From an uncultured Staphylococcus sp. (GTDB lineage Bacteria; Bacteroidota; Bacteroidia; Bacteroidales; Muribaculaceae): 64,000 nucleotides of DNA. The stretch spans positions 7,650 through 71,649 of the forward strand of contig CAZUEY010000001.1 of NCBI GenBank assembly GCA_964619395.1, read 5' to 3'. This document shows, piece by piece, positions 37,403-47,802 of this stretch. The position numbers and the translations under genes are program-made. A model generated the notes under the pieces. The model was not told the origin of the DNA, made no database searches, and saw nothing but the letters and a program-made list of their open reading frames with translations. The first letter of the stretch is position 1. Each line of letters begins with the position of its first letter.

Positions 37403-39865
37403 TCATTTTAAGTTCACCACCGTTATGCCGGCTCCACCGAACCTCACATCTTCATCATGGTAATTCTCCACTCCCGATGTGGCGTTTAATAGGCCGCGTA
37501 TAGCTTGCTTCAAGGCTCCTGTGCCTGTCCCGTGGAGAATTCTTACCCTTGGTATGCTGAAACGGATAGCATCGTCAATGAAATAGGTGACGGCTTGAAG
37601 GGCTTCGTCAACCCTCATCCCCCTTAGGTCAATCTCCTGGTTGAAGTTGAGTTGCCTGTCGTAGCCTGAATCGATTGTCTGCATGGAGACCGATGCCTTG
37701 CGCGGGGTATCCGGTTTGGCATTAGTGACCTTAAGTCTATCGGCCTTAACATTCGTTTTTAGGTTCCCGAAAGCCACGATAGCATTGTTGCCTGAGATCT
37801 CTATCACGGTTCCAACCGTACCGTTTCCATCAAGGCGCACATTGTCGCCAACCATTATTGGTCTGTCGGCAACGTTGGTGGCGGCATGAGTCGCGTTCGA
37901 CACCTTCAATTTTTTTCGAGGCGCTTTTGCCAGCAGAGAATTCTTTTGAGCCTTCTCATCTTTGGCACTCCGTTCAAGGGCGAGTCTCTCTTCTTTCAGT
38001 TTGCGACGGGCCTCGAGGGTCTTTTCCCGCTCGGCATTTGCCTGCTTGATTTCTGCGATCGTGCGCTCAATTGCGGCATTGGATGAATCAAGAATAATGC
38101 GAGCCTCCTGAGTGGCCTCCTCAATGATCTGGCGGCGCTTCGTGCGAAGTTGCTCAGCCTCATCAGTGTATTTCTCTATTATTTGTTCAAGTTTCTTCTC
38201 CTTCTGCTTGATGGCTGTTCGCTTATTCTCCCAATATCTTCTATCGCGTGCGATATCAAGAAGATAGGAATCGAGGTTGACATAATCTTTGCCCACGATT
38301 TCCTCGGCGGCCGCTATCACTTCAGGTTGTAGGCCGGTCTTGCGGGCAATTTCAAGAGCAAACGAACTCCCCGGGCTTCCGATGGAGAGGGCAAACATCG
38401 GCTGCATCAAATGTCGGTCGTAGAGTATCGAGCCATTGATAAGCCCCTCGGCATCATCAGCAAATTCTTTAAGTATTTGATAGTGAGTGGTCACTACTCC
38501 CCACATCCCTTTGAGATTCATTTGCTCGAGGATAGCCTTTGCCAAAGCGCCCCCGATGATAGGTTCAGTGCCTGACCCCATCTCATCAATCAAAAAAAGC
38601 GATCGACTATTTCCGCGTTGAAGCATGAATTTCATACTTCTCAGATGGCTACTATAAGTAGAGAGATCATCCTCAAAAGACTGATCGTCGCCAATGTCCA
38701 CAAACATATCCTTAAATATGCCGAAATGGGAATTTTCGTAGACCGGGGGGAGGATGCCACACTGCAGCATATACTGAAGTGTGCCTACAGTTTTAAGGCA
38801 CACAGATTTACCGCCTGCATTAGGGCCCGAGATCACCAGAATTCTTTTCCCTTGTTCAAGCCGAATGTCGAGAGGCACGATTTCTCGTCCATGTTTGCGT
38901 AGTGATAACATCAGTGCAGGATGACATGCGTGATACCACTCAATCTCCTGTCTATCAGAAATAGCGGGCATCATTCCTCCGATTAGCTCGGCATACTGCG
39001 CCTTGGCGTTTATAAAATCAAGGTGATATATGATCTCGGCTCCCTCGAGAATTTCTGCGATGAAGGGCCGGAGTTCATCAGCTATTGAGATGAGGATTCT
39101 GATTATCTCGCGGTGCTCCTCCAGCTGAAGTTCGCGTGTGCGGTTGTTGGCCTCCACGATCTCTGCCGGTTCAATGTAGAGAGTCTTGCCTGAAGCTGAC
39201 TCGTCATGCACTATTCCCTGTATACGCCTTTTATTCATAGGTGGCACCGGTATCACAAGCCTCCCGTCTCTTACCGAGGGGGTAGTGTCGTTCTCTATCC
39301 AACCTTGTGCTATCGCCTCCGAGACTACTCTACGCATTATAGAGTTAACTCTTCCTGACAGCGAGCGAAGCTGAGAGCGTATTTCAGCGAGCTCCTTCGA
39401 GGCATTGTCCTTTATTATCCCGGAGGAGGGGTCGATGGCGCGATCGATGCATCTAACTAATGATAGGGGCATTTCACCAAGGGGGACACAAAGTGCATTC
39501 AGATGTGGATAAATAACCTTGTTTTCTCCTTCGGCGATAAAATAATTGTGGACCCTACCAAAACATTCCAACATTTTACGGATCTTGACATATTCTCTTA
39601 TTTCGAGATAAGTCCCCGGAATCTTTATGAGTGAAAGCTGTTGGCTGATGTCGTCTGTCCCCTCCAGGGGCACTCGCTCTTCACTATGCATACTGCTGAC
39701 CATTTCATCGACACATCTAAGTGAGTCTGAAATAGCCTTGAAGTCGCTCATGTAGGCCATAGAGTCGCACAGCTCGCGACCGCCGTTGCAATGGCAGCGT
39801 TGGCGAATTTCGTTTCTTACTGAAGAAAAACCTATCTTTTCTTCTATCTTTTCAGGATATAGCAT
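37403..39865 (-). CDS. mutS2: MutS2 endonuclease (MutS ATPase + Smr domain)
   Basis: 'GPNAGGKS', 'DEMGSGTEP', 'TTHY', Smr 'IDLRGMR...HGTGTG'. ATG at 39865 used because the TTG at 39889 lies within a TACCTTTG promoter. Confidence 0.94.
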   Translation of the reverse strand: MLYPEKIEEKIGFSSVRNEIRQRCHCNGGRELCDSMAYMSDFKAISDSLRCVDEMVSSMHSEERVPLEGTDDISQQLSLIKIPGTYLEIREYVKIRKMLECFGRVHNYFIAEGENKVIYPHLNALCVPLGEMPLSLVRCIDRAIDPSSGIIKDNASKELAEIRSQLRSLSGRVNSIMRRVVSEAIAQGWIENDTTPSVRDGRLVIPVPPMNKRRIQGIVHDESASGKTLYIEPAEIVEANNRTRELQLEEHREIIRILISIADELRPFIAEILEGAEIIYHLDFINAKAQYAELIGGMMPAISDRQEIEWYHACHPALMLSLRKHGREIVPLDIRLEQGKRILVISGPNAGGKSVCLKTVGTLQYMLQCGILPPVYENSHFGIFKDMFVDIGDDQSFEDDLSTYSSHLRSMKFMLQRGNSRSLFLIDEMGSGTEPIIGGALAKAILEQMNLKGMWGVVTTHYQILKEFADDAEGLINGSILYDRHLMQPMFALSIGSPGSSFALEIARKTGLQPEVIAAAEEIVGKDYVNLDSYLLDIARDRRYWENKRTAIKQKEKKLEQIIEKYTDEAEQLRTKRRQIIEEATQEARIILDSSNAAIERTIAEIKQANAEREKTLEARRKLKEERLALERSAKDEKAQKNSLLAKAPRKKLKVSNATHAATNVADRPIMVGDNVRLDGNGTVGTVIEISGNNAIVAFGNLKTNVKADRLKVTNAKPDTPRKASVSMQTIDSGYDRQLNFNQEIDLRGMRVDEALQAVTYFIDDAIRFSIPRVRILHGTGTGALKQAIRGLLNATSGVENYHDEDVRFGGAGITVVNLK

Positions 39866-40031
39866 TTCGTTTGTGTTCAGTGAAGACAAAGGTAAGAATT
39901 TTTAGCTCTAAATTGAATTATTGCTTTAAAATCATTAGTTACGTAAAAATTTTTACAAAAAAATTTACTTTTTGAAAACAATTTTAATAAAGATATTGTT
40001 ATGCAATCAAACTTACTAATTACAATATCTT

Positions 40032-40529
40032 ATGAAGGCAAAAAATTTTATAGCAGGGTTCGCAATTTTAGCTATTTTATTTACAGTGACCACACTGGCC
40101 GCGCAGTCACCTGCCGGTGGTGAGCCGGGTATCGTATTGAGCGCCTCAAGCAATTATGCTCAGCTTCCATCCAAGGCCAAGTCCTTCATAGAAAAACATT
40201 TTAAAAACATTGGTGTCCGCGTGTGTGAAAGATATTTTGCAAAAGGAAAATTTGAAGTCGAACTCAACAACGGTGTAGACGTAGAGTTTGACTCCAAAGG
40301 AGTGGTAACCGAAATCGAAGCCTCAGGTAAGTCAACACTTCCCGTTAGTGTCGTTAAGGATGTCATGCATCCCAAAGCTTTCTCCCGTCTTGAGAGCAAT
40401 GGTCTTGCTGACAAGGTTGAATCTATCGAATTCACCCGCAACAAGGTTTGCAGCGTGGAACTCCAGATTCCAGATCCTGACACATACCTGTTTGATATTA
40501 ACGGCGTATTCATTGCTATAGAAGATTAA
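40032..40529 (+). CDS. Exported PepSY-like/BLIP-like (DUF2874) protein
   Basis: Signal peptide; repeats 'LPSKAKSFIEKHF...FEVELNNGVDVEFDSKG' and a degenerate second copy 'YLFDING'. Confidence 0.75.
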   Translation: MKAKNFIAGFAILAILFTVTTLAAQSPAGGEPGIVLSASSNYAQLPSKAKSFIEKHFKNIGVRVCERYFAKGKFEVELNNGVDVEFDSKGVVTEIEASGKSTLPVSVVKDVMHPKAFSRLESNGLADKVESIEFTRNKVCSVELQIPDPDTYLFDINGVFIAIED

Positions 40530-40567
40530 CAAGATATGTAGTAAAAGCTATTTCAAAATATTCCTGA

Positions 40568-40618
40568 TCGGAACAATTCAACGACATTTTTATTAAATTT
40601 GTCGTTGAATTGTTCCGA
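40568..40618. repeat. Perfect 19-bp inverted repeat (possible terminator) overlapping the tilS promoter
   Basis: TCGGAACAATTCAACGACA-N13-TGTCGTTGAATTGTTCCGA; TAAATTTG at 40594-40601. Confidence 0.85.
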
Positions 40619-40630
40619 ATTATTTTTGTC

Positions 40631-41980
40631 ATGAGAGATACGCTTTCAGAAAAAGTTGCAGATAATATCAGTTCTCACGCCCTTTTAAAGGATGGAGAGA
40701 AGATTATTGTTGCCCTTAGCGGGGGTGCTGATTCGGTGGCGTTGCTCTCTATCTGCAAAGAATTAGGGCTTAATTGCAAAGCTTCACATTGTAATTTCCA
40801 CCTTCGGGGTGAGGAAAGCAACCGCGATGAAGAGTTCTGCCGTAAGCTCTGTCGTCAATTGGGAGTAGAGATTACGGTGACCGACTTCGATGTAGCCAAG
40901 CGTATGGCTGCGACAGGAGAGTCGCTTGAGATGGCTTGCAGAAACCTTCGATTTGGTTTGTGGGATGGCTGGATTGAGGAGGATAGAAGTCGTGTTATCC
41001 TCTTGGCTCATCATCTTGAGGATGACATTGAGACATTTTTGCTCAATGCAATGCGTGGAAGCGGTGTGGCCGGACTGAAAGGCATTTTGCCACGAAGAGG
41101 CAATTATCTCCGTCCTATGCTCTCCATTACTAAGACTGAAATATTGGAGTATCTCTCTCTGAGAGGTCTTGGCTATGTGACCGACTCTTCAAATTCAGAT
41201 AATAGCTTCAAGCGAAATAAAATACGCAATCTTATTCTTCCGCAATTGTGTGAATATTTTCCCTCTGCCAAACCATCATTCGGAAGGACTCTTGAAATTC
41301 TCAAGGAGGAGTATCGCTACATGACTTCATGCCTGGAAGTAGCGCGACAGCGTTATGTAGGCGAGGGTGGAGAGATAAATCTGACGGCGCTACTTGCGGA
41401 TGAATCCCAACCACGCATTGTGCTCTTTAATATTCTGAAAGGAGAGGGCTTTTCCATGGATGTGGTTGATGATATCCTCATGGTTGCCTCTTCCAATGGT
41501 GAGAAGGCGTCCGGAGGGCAGCGTTTCAGATCTATAGGAAGAGAGTATATTTTTGACAGAGGCTTTCTTAGGCCGAGCAAGAGCGTTCCCGATGAATTTT
41601 CTAAACTTGTATCTCTTGATAAATCTCCATTTTCGCTCAGGAAATTATCTATCTCAGAATTCCAAAATCTGTTAACGAAGAGAAGCTTGAGAAAAGATTG
41701 TATCTATCTCGATGCTGAAGTGTTAACCGGTAATCCGCAATTTATCCTTCGCAACTGGAGAATAGGCGACAGGATGAAACCATTTGGCATGAAGGGTTCA
41801 AAACTGGTGAGTGACTTATTAACGGATGCCAAAATCTCCGTGGATGAAAAGAAAAGGGTGAGAATACTACTAAGAGGAGAAGGAGAGATTCTTTGGGTGA
41901 TCGGACTCAGAGCCTCAGACCTATATAAAATTACTTCCGGCACCAGGGAGGTACTGGAAGTAAAGTATGAAGGATTATAA
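40631..41980 (+). CDS. tilS: tRNA(Ile)-lysidine synthase
   Basis: PP-loop 'SGGADS', 'HCNFHLRG', 'AHHLEDDIET', 'DSSN', 'RNKIR'; ATG at 40631. Confidence 0.94.
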   Translation: MRDTLSEKVADNISSHALLKDGEKIIVALSGGADSVALLSICKELGLNCKASHCNFHLRGEESNRDEEFCRKLCRQLGVEITVTDFDVAKRMAATGESLEMACRNLRFGLWDGWIEEDRSRVILLAHHLEDDIETFLLNAMRGSGVAGLKGILPRRGNYLRPMLSITKTEILEYLSLRGLGYVTDSSNSDNSFKRNKIRNLILPQLCEYFPSAKPSFGRTLEILKEEYRYMTSCLEVARQRYVGEGGEINLTALLADESQPRIVLFNILKGEGFSMDVVDDILMVASSNGEKASGGQRFRSIGREYIFDRGFLRPSKSVPDEFSKLVSLDKSPFSLRKLSISEFQNLLTKRSLRKDCIYLDAEVLTGNPQFILRNWRIGDRMKPFGMKGSKLVSDLLTDAKISVDEKKRVRILLRGEGEILWVIGLRASDLYKITSGTREVLEVKYEGL

Positions 41981-42023
41981 ATAACCGAAGGATCATCCTG
42001 TGCAGGGCTCATGGGAAAGCAGA

Positions 42024-43406
42024 TTATTCCTCACCAGCCTCAGATGAATCAGAGATTGCAAGCTGTTTTTTGGCTTTGACACCAAGCTCGCGCAACTTTT
42101 TCGCTCTATTTACAAGATTACCGGTCCCGGTCGAGAGCTTGTTCATGGCATCATCGTAGGTTTTTTTCACAGAACCAATCGACTTGTCGATTTTCTCCAT
42201 ATCTTTTGTGAAATCGGCAAATTTGTCATACATTTTTCCGGCTTCTTCGGCAATGGCGAGTGCGTTTTTAGTGTGCCGGTCGCGGCTCCATAGCTGTGCG
42301 ATAAGTTTCAAGCCGGAGACGAGATGTGTGGGAGAGACGATGAGGACATGCCTGTCGTAGGCAGTCTGCCAAAGCATAGGGTCGAGTCGCATGGCAGCAA
42401 TATAGGCAGGCTCATTGGGGATGAACATCATCACAAAGTCAAGTTTTGACTCACCACCTACATAATCCTGATATTGCTTTCGCGCCAATTCCTCAACATG
42501 GCTTTTCACTGACCGCACATGGCGCGTAGCGGCAGCTTGGCGCTCGTCGTCGCTCTCGGCATTTGAATATTCCACAAAGGCAGTAAGAGAAACTTTTGAA
42601 TCTATGACCACAAATCTTCCATCAGGGTACTTTACCACAACATCAGGACGCAAAAGAGACCCTTCCTCATTCCTGACCGTATTGCCATGCTCGTCAGTGG
42701 TTACTTGTGTGAAATACTCCTCTCCTTTCTGCAAGCCGGACTTTTCGAGGATAGATTCAAGGATCATTTCTCCCCAGTCTCCCTGGATTTTGCTGTCACC
42801 TCTCAGAGCATCTGATAAGTCTTTAGCTTGTTTTGATATAGATTGATTGAGCGAAACAAGCTCTTTGATGCGTTCAGAGAGGGAGAATCTTTCACGCGAT
42901 TCGTTGTTATAGGTGTCAGTGACGGTTTTTTTGAAATCTTCTATATTCTCGCGGAGAGGATTCAGTATTTCAGACAATGTCTCCCTATTTTGCATTTTAA
43001 GATCAGAGGTGTTTTGCCGCAATATCTCGTTAGCGAGATTTTTGAATCGCTCTTCCGCGATTTTCGCTTCCTGTATTCGCTTCTCTGCTTCTTGAGCCTG
43101 TTCTGACTCCATCATTTCGATCTTTGCAGAGAGAGCGGAGTTTGACTCGCGAGCCATTCCGAGGTCGTTGCCAAGAGCGGCTATACGATTATTGAGACCC
43201 TCAACTTGCTCAGTTGCTGCCTGAAGCTTCGACTGAGCAATAGCAAGTTGAGTAGACAATTCCGACCTTACTTTTTCAAGGTTAATTTTCAACTCATTAT
43301 TCTCTGCGGTCAGATTTTTTTCAATAGAAGAACCTCTAAGAGCATAGAGAATAAATATTGCCGTGAGAGCTATCACGGCAATAATAAGGATGATTGTTAC
43401 AGTCAT
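42024..43406 (-). CDS. rmuC: DNA recombination protein RmuC
   Basis: N-terminal TM plus coiled coil; 'QGDWGEMILE', 'RPDVVV', 'IDSKVSL', 'MFIPNE'. Confidence 0.93.
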   Translation of the reverse strand: MTVTIILIIAVIALTAIFILYALRGSSIEKNLTAENNELKINLEKVRSELSTQLAIAQSKLQAATEQVEGLNNRIAALGNDLGMARESNSALSAKIEMMESEQAQEAEKRIQEAKIAEERFKNLANEILRQNTSDLKMQNRETLSEILNPLRENIEDFKKTVTDTYNNESRERFSLSERIKELVSLNQSISKQAKDLSDALRGDSKIQGDWGEMILESILEKSGLQKGEEYFTQVTTDEHGNTVRNEEGSLLRPDVVVKYPDGRFVVIDSKVSLTAFVEYSNAESDDERQAAATRHVRSVKSHVEELARKQYQDYVGGESKLDFVMMFIPNEPAYIAAMRLDPMLWQTAYDRHVLIVSPTHLVSGLKLIAQLWSRDRHTKNALAIAEEAGKMYDKFADFTKDMEKIDKSIGSVKKTYDDAMNKLSTGTGNLVNRAKKLRELGVKAKKQLAISDSSEAGEE

Positions 43407-43418
43407 TCTGACTAAAGA

Positions 43419-43580
43419 TTAGTTTAATACAATGCCACCGAGCGAAGCAATTTTGGTATTATTAAAAGAATAAGCACGGGCAAATTGCCTGATTTTTGCC
43501 AAAGTGATGGCTGAGGGACTTGCTTTCTGTCGGTCTTTGTCAGAAGTGAATGTGTGAGTAGGAGTAAAATTTTTATTCAT
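43419..43580 (-). CDS. Small (53 aa) hypothetical protein
   Basis: ATG at 43580; 'PSAITLAKIRQFARAY...LGGIVLN' resembles a small Bacteroidales protein motif I recall; TAATTTTG on minus at 43717-43724; ends 12 bp before rmuC. Confidence 0.6.
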   Translation of the reverse strand: MNKNFTPTHTFTSDKDRQKASPSAITLAKIRQFARAYSFNNTKIASLGGIVLN

Positions 43581-43851
43581 AGGCAGAATGTGTGATGAAT
43601 TAGTAATCATATTCAAAACGCAATTACTCTCCGGATTATTGTAACCCCACAATGAAATATTTCAAACCGTGAAAATTTGAACGAATGTTTGCGCCGGCTG
43701 TACAAGGGTCCTGGTTCAAAATTATCCCTTTGAATTTTCCTTCATCAAAGCTGTGAAATTTGGGAGCGGAAGTTAGGAATTCTAATCAAAAAATTTATTA
43801 CTTTTGCAAAGTAAGCCTCCCACGGTTGTTCTACAGGGAGATTTTTTAACC

Positions 43852-44844
43852 ATGAAAAACAGTATGGATTTAGTAGTCCATCCGGAAAAAATCTTGAAAG
43901 ACCTTTCATTCTTCCTTGCCCAGGAGGAGTATCTGGCACATGCTTTTCCCGGCAGGGATCTTTTTTTCGCATGGCAAGTTGATCCTACTGTCATTATCGG
44001 TAGAAATCAATTGCTTGAGAAGGAGGTTAACGTTGACTTTTGTAGATGCAACAACATCGATATTGTCCGGCGGAAGAGTGGCGGAGGTGCTGTACTTGCC
44101 GATAGAAACAATATAATGTTCTCCTATATTACAACTTCCGACAATGTCCCTGTCACGTTCTCAAAATACACGTCAATGATTTCTTCCGCGTTGAGATCTC
44201 TCGGGCTCGATGCTCACGACAACTCTCGCAACGATATTTTGATAGGAGATCGTAAGGTGTCAGGAAATTCCTTCTACCATCTCAATGGCAGGAGCATCGT
44301 TCACGGCACTATGTTGTATGATTTTGATGCTGAAATGATGTCGAAGGCTCTTATGCCTTCAGCTGATAAGCTTGAATCGCATGGAGTAACATCCGTCAGA
44401 AGCCGCGTGACAACCATTAAGGAACATCTGCCTGATCTCTCGATTGGGGATTTTCTCAATCATATTATCAACAATCTGGCTGCAGATGGTGAGACCATCC
44501 TCCTTACGGAAAGTGACAGAAAGGAGATTGAGTTGATAAGGGGGCAATACCTTTCGCCTTCATGGCTTGAAGGAAAGAATCCCCGTTGCTCGCTCAACTT
44601 TTCTCAAAGAATCCGGGGGGTTGGGGAGATTTCGGTACATCTTGATATGGACAAAGGTCGTATCAAGGCTTTTACCCTTTCGGGAGACTATATGGAGTGT
44701 GGAGATGCTTCGGAAACGATTGCCGCTCAACTTCAGGGCATCCGATATGAGAAGGAGAGTATAGAAAAAGCGCTTTCCAATATCTCAGTGGAGACTGTGC
44801 TTCCCGGCGTCACAAATGAGACAATGTGTAATCTATTGATATAA
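43852..44844 (+). CDS. lplA: Lipoate-protein ligase A
   Basis: 'VIIGRNQ', 'RRKSGGGAV', 'RNDILI..RKVSGN', 'HGTMLY', 'GVTSVRSRV'; the TTG at 43804 lies in a TACTTTTG promoter. Confidence 0.92.
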   Translation: MKNSMDLVVHPEKILKDLSFFLAQEEYLAHAFPGRDLFFAWQVDPTVIIGRNQLLEKEVNVDFCRCNNIDIVRRKSGGGAVLADRNNIMFSYITTSDNVPVTFSKYTSMISSALRSLGLDAHDNSRNDILIGDRKVSGNSFYHLNGRSIVHGTMLYDFDAEMMSKALMPSADKLESHGVTSVRSRVTTIKEHLPDLSIGDFLNHIINNLAADGETILLTESDRKEIELIRGQYLSPSWLEGKNPRCSLNFSQRIRGVGEISVHLDMDKGRIKAFTLSGDYMECGDASETIAAQLQGIRYEKESIEKALSNISVETVLPGVTNETMCNLLI

Positions 44845-44864
44845 AAAATTTAATTATTAAAGAT

Positions 44865-45962
44865 ATGGCAGATTTGAAAACAACATGTCTTCATGATAAA
44901 CATGTAGCGTTGGGCGCTCTTATGAGTCCCTTCGGAGGCTTTGACATGCCGATTCAATATGAGGGCATTGTCGAAGAGCACAATGCTGTCAGAAATGCTT
45001 GTGGCATCTTCGATGTTTCCCACATGGGTGAAGTAAGCGTGAAAGGTGCCGATGCTGAGAAATTTGTGAACTACATCTTCACAAATGATGTAAGAGCTCT
45101 CTCAGTCGGCGGAATCCAATATGGCATGATGCTGAACCCCACCGGAGGGGTGGTTGATGATCTCCTGGTCTACAAAATCGGTGATAATGACTTCCTTTTG
45201 GTTATCAACGCATCTAATATCGACAAGGATGTAGCTTGGATCAAGCGGCATGCTGACAGTTTTGATGTGGATGTTGAGAATCTTAGCGATAAGTTCGGAG
45301 AAATCGCCATCCAGGGTCCTCAAGCCGAAAGTATCATGGAGGAGATTCTCAATATCCCCTGCAATCAATTGGTCTTCTATACCTTTAAGGAATATGATTT
45401 CAGAGGGAAAATAGTGTTGGTAAGCCGCACTGGATACACCGGTGAGGATGGATTTGAAATCTATGCTGACCATGATACCATCCGAATGATATGGGATGAA
45501 CTTATCGGCTCCGGTAAAGTCACTCCTTGCGGTTTGGGTTGTCGCGATACTCTTCGTTTTGAAGTAGGGCTCCCGCTATATGGCGACGAACTTGGCGACG
45601 ATATCTCTCCCGTAGAAGCATGTCTGTCGATGTTTGTTAAACTCGATAAAACTACTTTTATTGGGCAGGATGTCATCAGAGACCAGAAAGAGAATGGAGC
45701 ACCCAGAAAACTTGTGGGTCTCGAGATGGCTGACCGTGCTATCCCCCGTCATGGCTACGAGGTGCTCAACGACAATGATGAGGTTGTAGGCTACGTGACA
45801 ACCGGCTATCGGGGAATTTCTGTCGATAAGAGTATAGCCGCAGCTCTTGTGAAGCGTGAATACTCGGAAAAGGATCGCGAATTGAAGATTCGCATCCGCA
45901 AGAAGGTGTTCCCGGCAAAAGTCGTAGCAAAGAAATTCTATAAAAAATCTTACAAAAAATAA
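44865..45962 (+). CDS. gcvT: Glycine cleavage T protein (aminomethyltransferase)
   Basis: 'FDVSHMG', 'RTGYTGEDGFE', 'GLGCRDTLRFE'. Confidence 0.96.
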   Translation: MADLKTTCLHDKHVALGALMSPFGGFDMPIQYEGIVEEHNAVRNACGIFDVSHMGEVSVKGADAEKFVNYIFTNDVRALSVGGIQYGMMLNPTGGVVDDLLVYKIGDNDFLLVINASNIDKDVAWIKRHADSFDVDVENLSDKFGEIAIQGPQAESIMEEILNIPCNQLVFYTFKEYDFRGKIVLVSRTGYTGEDGFEIYADHDTIRMIWDELIGSGKVTPCGLGCRDTLRFEVGLPLYGDELGDDISPVEACLSMFVKLDKTTFIGQDVIRDQKENGAPRKLVGLEMADRAIPRHGYEVLNDNDEVVGYVTTGYRGISVDKSIAAALVKREYSEKDRELKIRIRKKVFPAKVVAKKFYKKSYKK

Positions 45963-46001
45963 TATTTCAACTAAATAGTTAACCCTTAAATCTTTAAAGT
46001 T

Positions 46002-46379
46002 ATGAGCAAGACATATTATTCTCCTACCCACGAATATATCACCGTCGACGGTAATATTGGTTATATTGGCATCAGTGACTATGCTCAGAAGGAGCTCGGC
46101 AATGTGGTGTATGTTGACATGCCTGAACAGGACGACGATATCACAGCAGGCGAGGATTTTGGCGCTGTGGAGAGTGTGAAAGCTGCAAGCGACCTTATCG
46201 CTCCTGTCAGCGGTTTGGTCGTTGATATCAATGAGCATCTGATTGATAATCCACGCCTTATAAATGAGGATGCTATGGCAAACTGGATTATTAAGGTTGA
46301 GCTGACTGATCTTTCAGAACTCGACAACTTGATGGATGAAGAGGCTTACAAGGCTTATTGCGAAAGCGAAAAACATTGA
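46002..46379 (+). CDS. gcvH: Glycine cleavage H protein
   Basis: 'GISDYAQ.ELG', lipoyl-Lys motif 'ESVKAASD'. Confidence 0.97.
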   Translation: MSKTYYSPTHEYITVDGNIGYIGISDYAQKELGNVVYVDMPEQDDDITAGEDFGAVESVKAASDLIAPVSGLVVDINEHLIDNPRLINEDAMANWIIKVELTDLSELDNLMDEEAYKAYCESEKH

Positions 46380-46406
46380 AACTCATTGATTCTTAATTAT
46401 AAAGAA

Positions 46407-47783
46407 GTGACACACAGATATTTCCCCCACACACCTGACGATATTAAGGAGATGTTGGGCAGATGTGGGATGACGGATCTCGAAGAGCTCTATGCTGACA
46501 TCCCGGCTGAACTACGTCTGAAATCTGACTACAATTTTGCTCCGCAAATGAGCGAAAAAGAGGTGCGCGATTATTTCAACGAACTTGCCGAGAGAAATCA
46601 TCCGTTGACCTGTTTTGCAGGAGCAGGGTTTTACGACCACTATGCTCCTGCAGTGATCCAAAGCATTATTTCTCGCTCTGAATTTCTTACAGCCTACACT
46701 CCTTACCAGCCGGAGATCTCCCAAGGTACTCTTCAATACATTTTCGAGTATCAGAGCATGATGACCCAACTGACCGGGATGGAGGTGTCGAATGCTTCGA
46801 TGTATGATGGCACTACAGCCGTGGCTGAAGCCATGCTGATGGCAGTAGCGAGTGTCAGAAAGAAAAATCGTGTGCTGGTTTCTGCTACTCTCAACCCTAT
46901 ATATAAAAAGGTGGTGTCGACTTATGCTCACTATCATGGAGTCACGTTGGATGTTATTCCCGAAAAAGATGGGGTGACAGATAAGGAGACCCTTTACTCC
47001 ATGCTTGAAGCCGGAGATGTGGCTGGTGTGATACTGCCAACTCCCAATTTTTATGGTATTCTTGAGGATTATACCGGAGTGGCAGATAAAATTCATGCTG
47101 CCAAGGCACTACTGATAATGACAGCACCCGCTTCTGCCCTCGGGGTGATCAAAAGCCCGGGAGAATGGGGCGCTGATATCGCTGCCGGCGAGGCTCAGTC
47201 ATTGGGTATGCCGCTAAGTTTCGGCGGACCATATCTCGGATATTTATGCTGTAACAAACCTCTGATTAGAAAATTGCCGGGAAGAATTGTGGGCGCTACT
47301 AAAGATGCTGACGGTCAGCGTGTTTTTGTCCTTACCCTTCAGGCTCGCGAACAGCATATCCGTAGAGATAAAGCCACTTCCAACATCTGCTCAAACCAGG
47401 GTTTGATGGCTCTCTATGTAGCTATCTATCTTTCTATTATGGGTGCAAAGGGTTTGCGAGAGGTTAACGATCTCTCCTTCTCCGGTGCTCACTACCTCGC
47501 TCAGAAACTGATTGAGACAGGAGCCTTTGAGCTGAAATATCCTGACCAACCTTTCCTCAACGAATTTGTCGTGAGATTTAAAAGGGAAGTAAAGTTGGCA
47601 GATTTCTATGAGGTGTGCATCTCCTGCGGCTGCCTTCCCGGGGTGATGCTTTCTGAAGATGAACTCCTTGTGTGTGTTACAGAAAATTGCAGCAAGGAGG
47701 AAATTGATCGCTATATCAAGCGTGTAGCTGCCTTCTCTAAGGCTACTCTGCCTGATTTGAGTCAAAGTTTAAAGGATGATTAA
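46407..47783 (+). CDS. gcvPA: Glycine dehydrogenase subunit 1
   Basis: 'TAYTPYQPEISQG', 'NASMYDG', 'REQHIRRDKATSNICSNQ'. GTG at 46407 preferred over TTG at 46386. Confidence 0.95.
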   Translation: MTHRYFPHTPDDIKEMLGRCGMTDLEELYADIPAELRLKSDYNFAPQMSEKEVRDYFNELAERNHPLTCFAGAGFYDHYAPAVIQSIISRSEFLTAYTPYQPEISQGTLQYIFEYQSMMTQLTGMEVSNASMYDGTTAVAEAMLMAVASVRKKNRVLVSATLNPIYKKVVSTYAHYHGVTLDVIPEKDGVTDKETLYSMLEAGDVAGVILPTPNFYGILEDYTGVADKIHAAKALLIMTAPASALGVIKSPGEWGADIAAGEAQSLGMPLSFGGPYLGYLCCNKPLIRKLPGRIVGATKDADGQRVFVLTLQAREQHIRRDKATSNICSNQGLMALYVAIYLSIMGAKGLREVNDLSFSGAHYLAQKLIETGAFELKYPDQPFLNEFVVRFKREVKLADFYEVCISCGCLPGVMLSEDELLVCVTENCSKEEIDRYIKRVAAFSKATLPDLSQSLKDD

Positions 47784-47802
47784 AAAGGAGTAGAAACGTT
47801 AT

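Noticed and set aside
43807-43851. Glycine riboswitch ahead of the gcv operon
   Set aside because: Leader is about 40 nt with only a weak CTCCC/GGGAG stem; aptamer motifs are absent.
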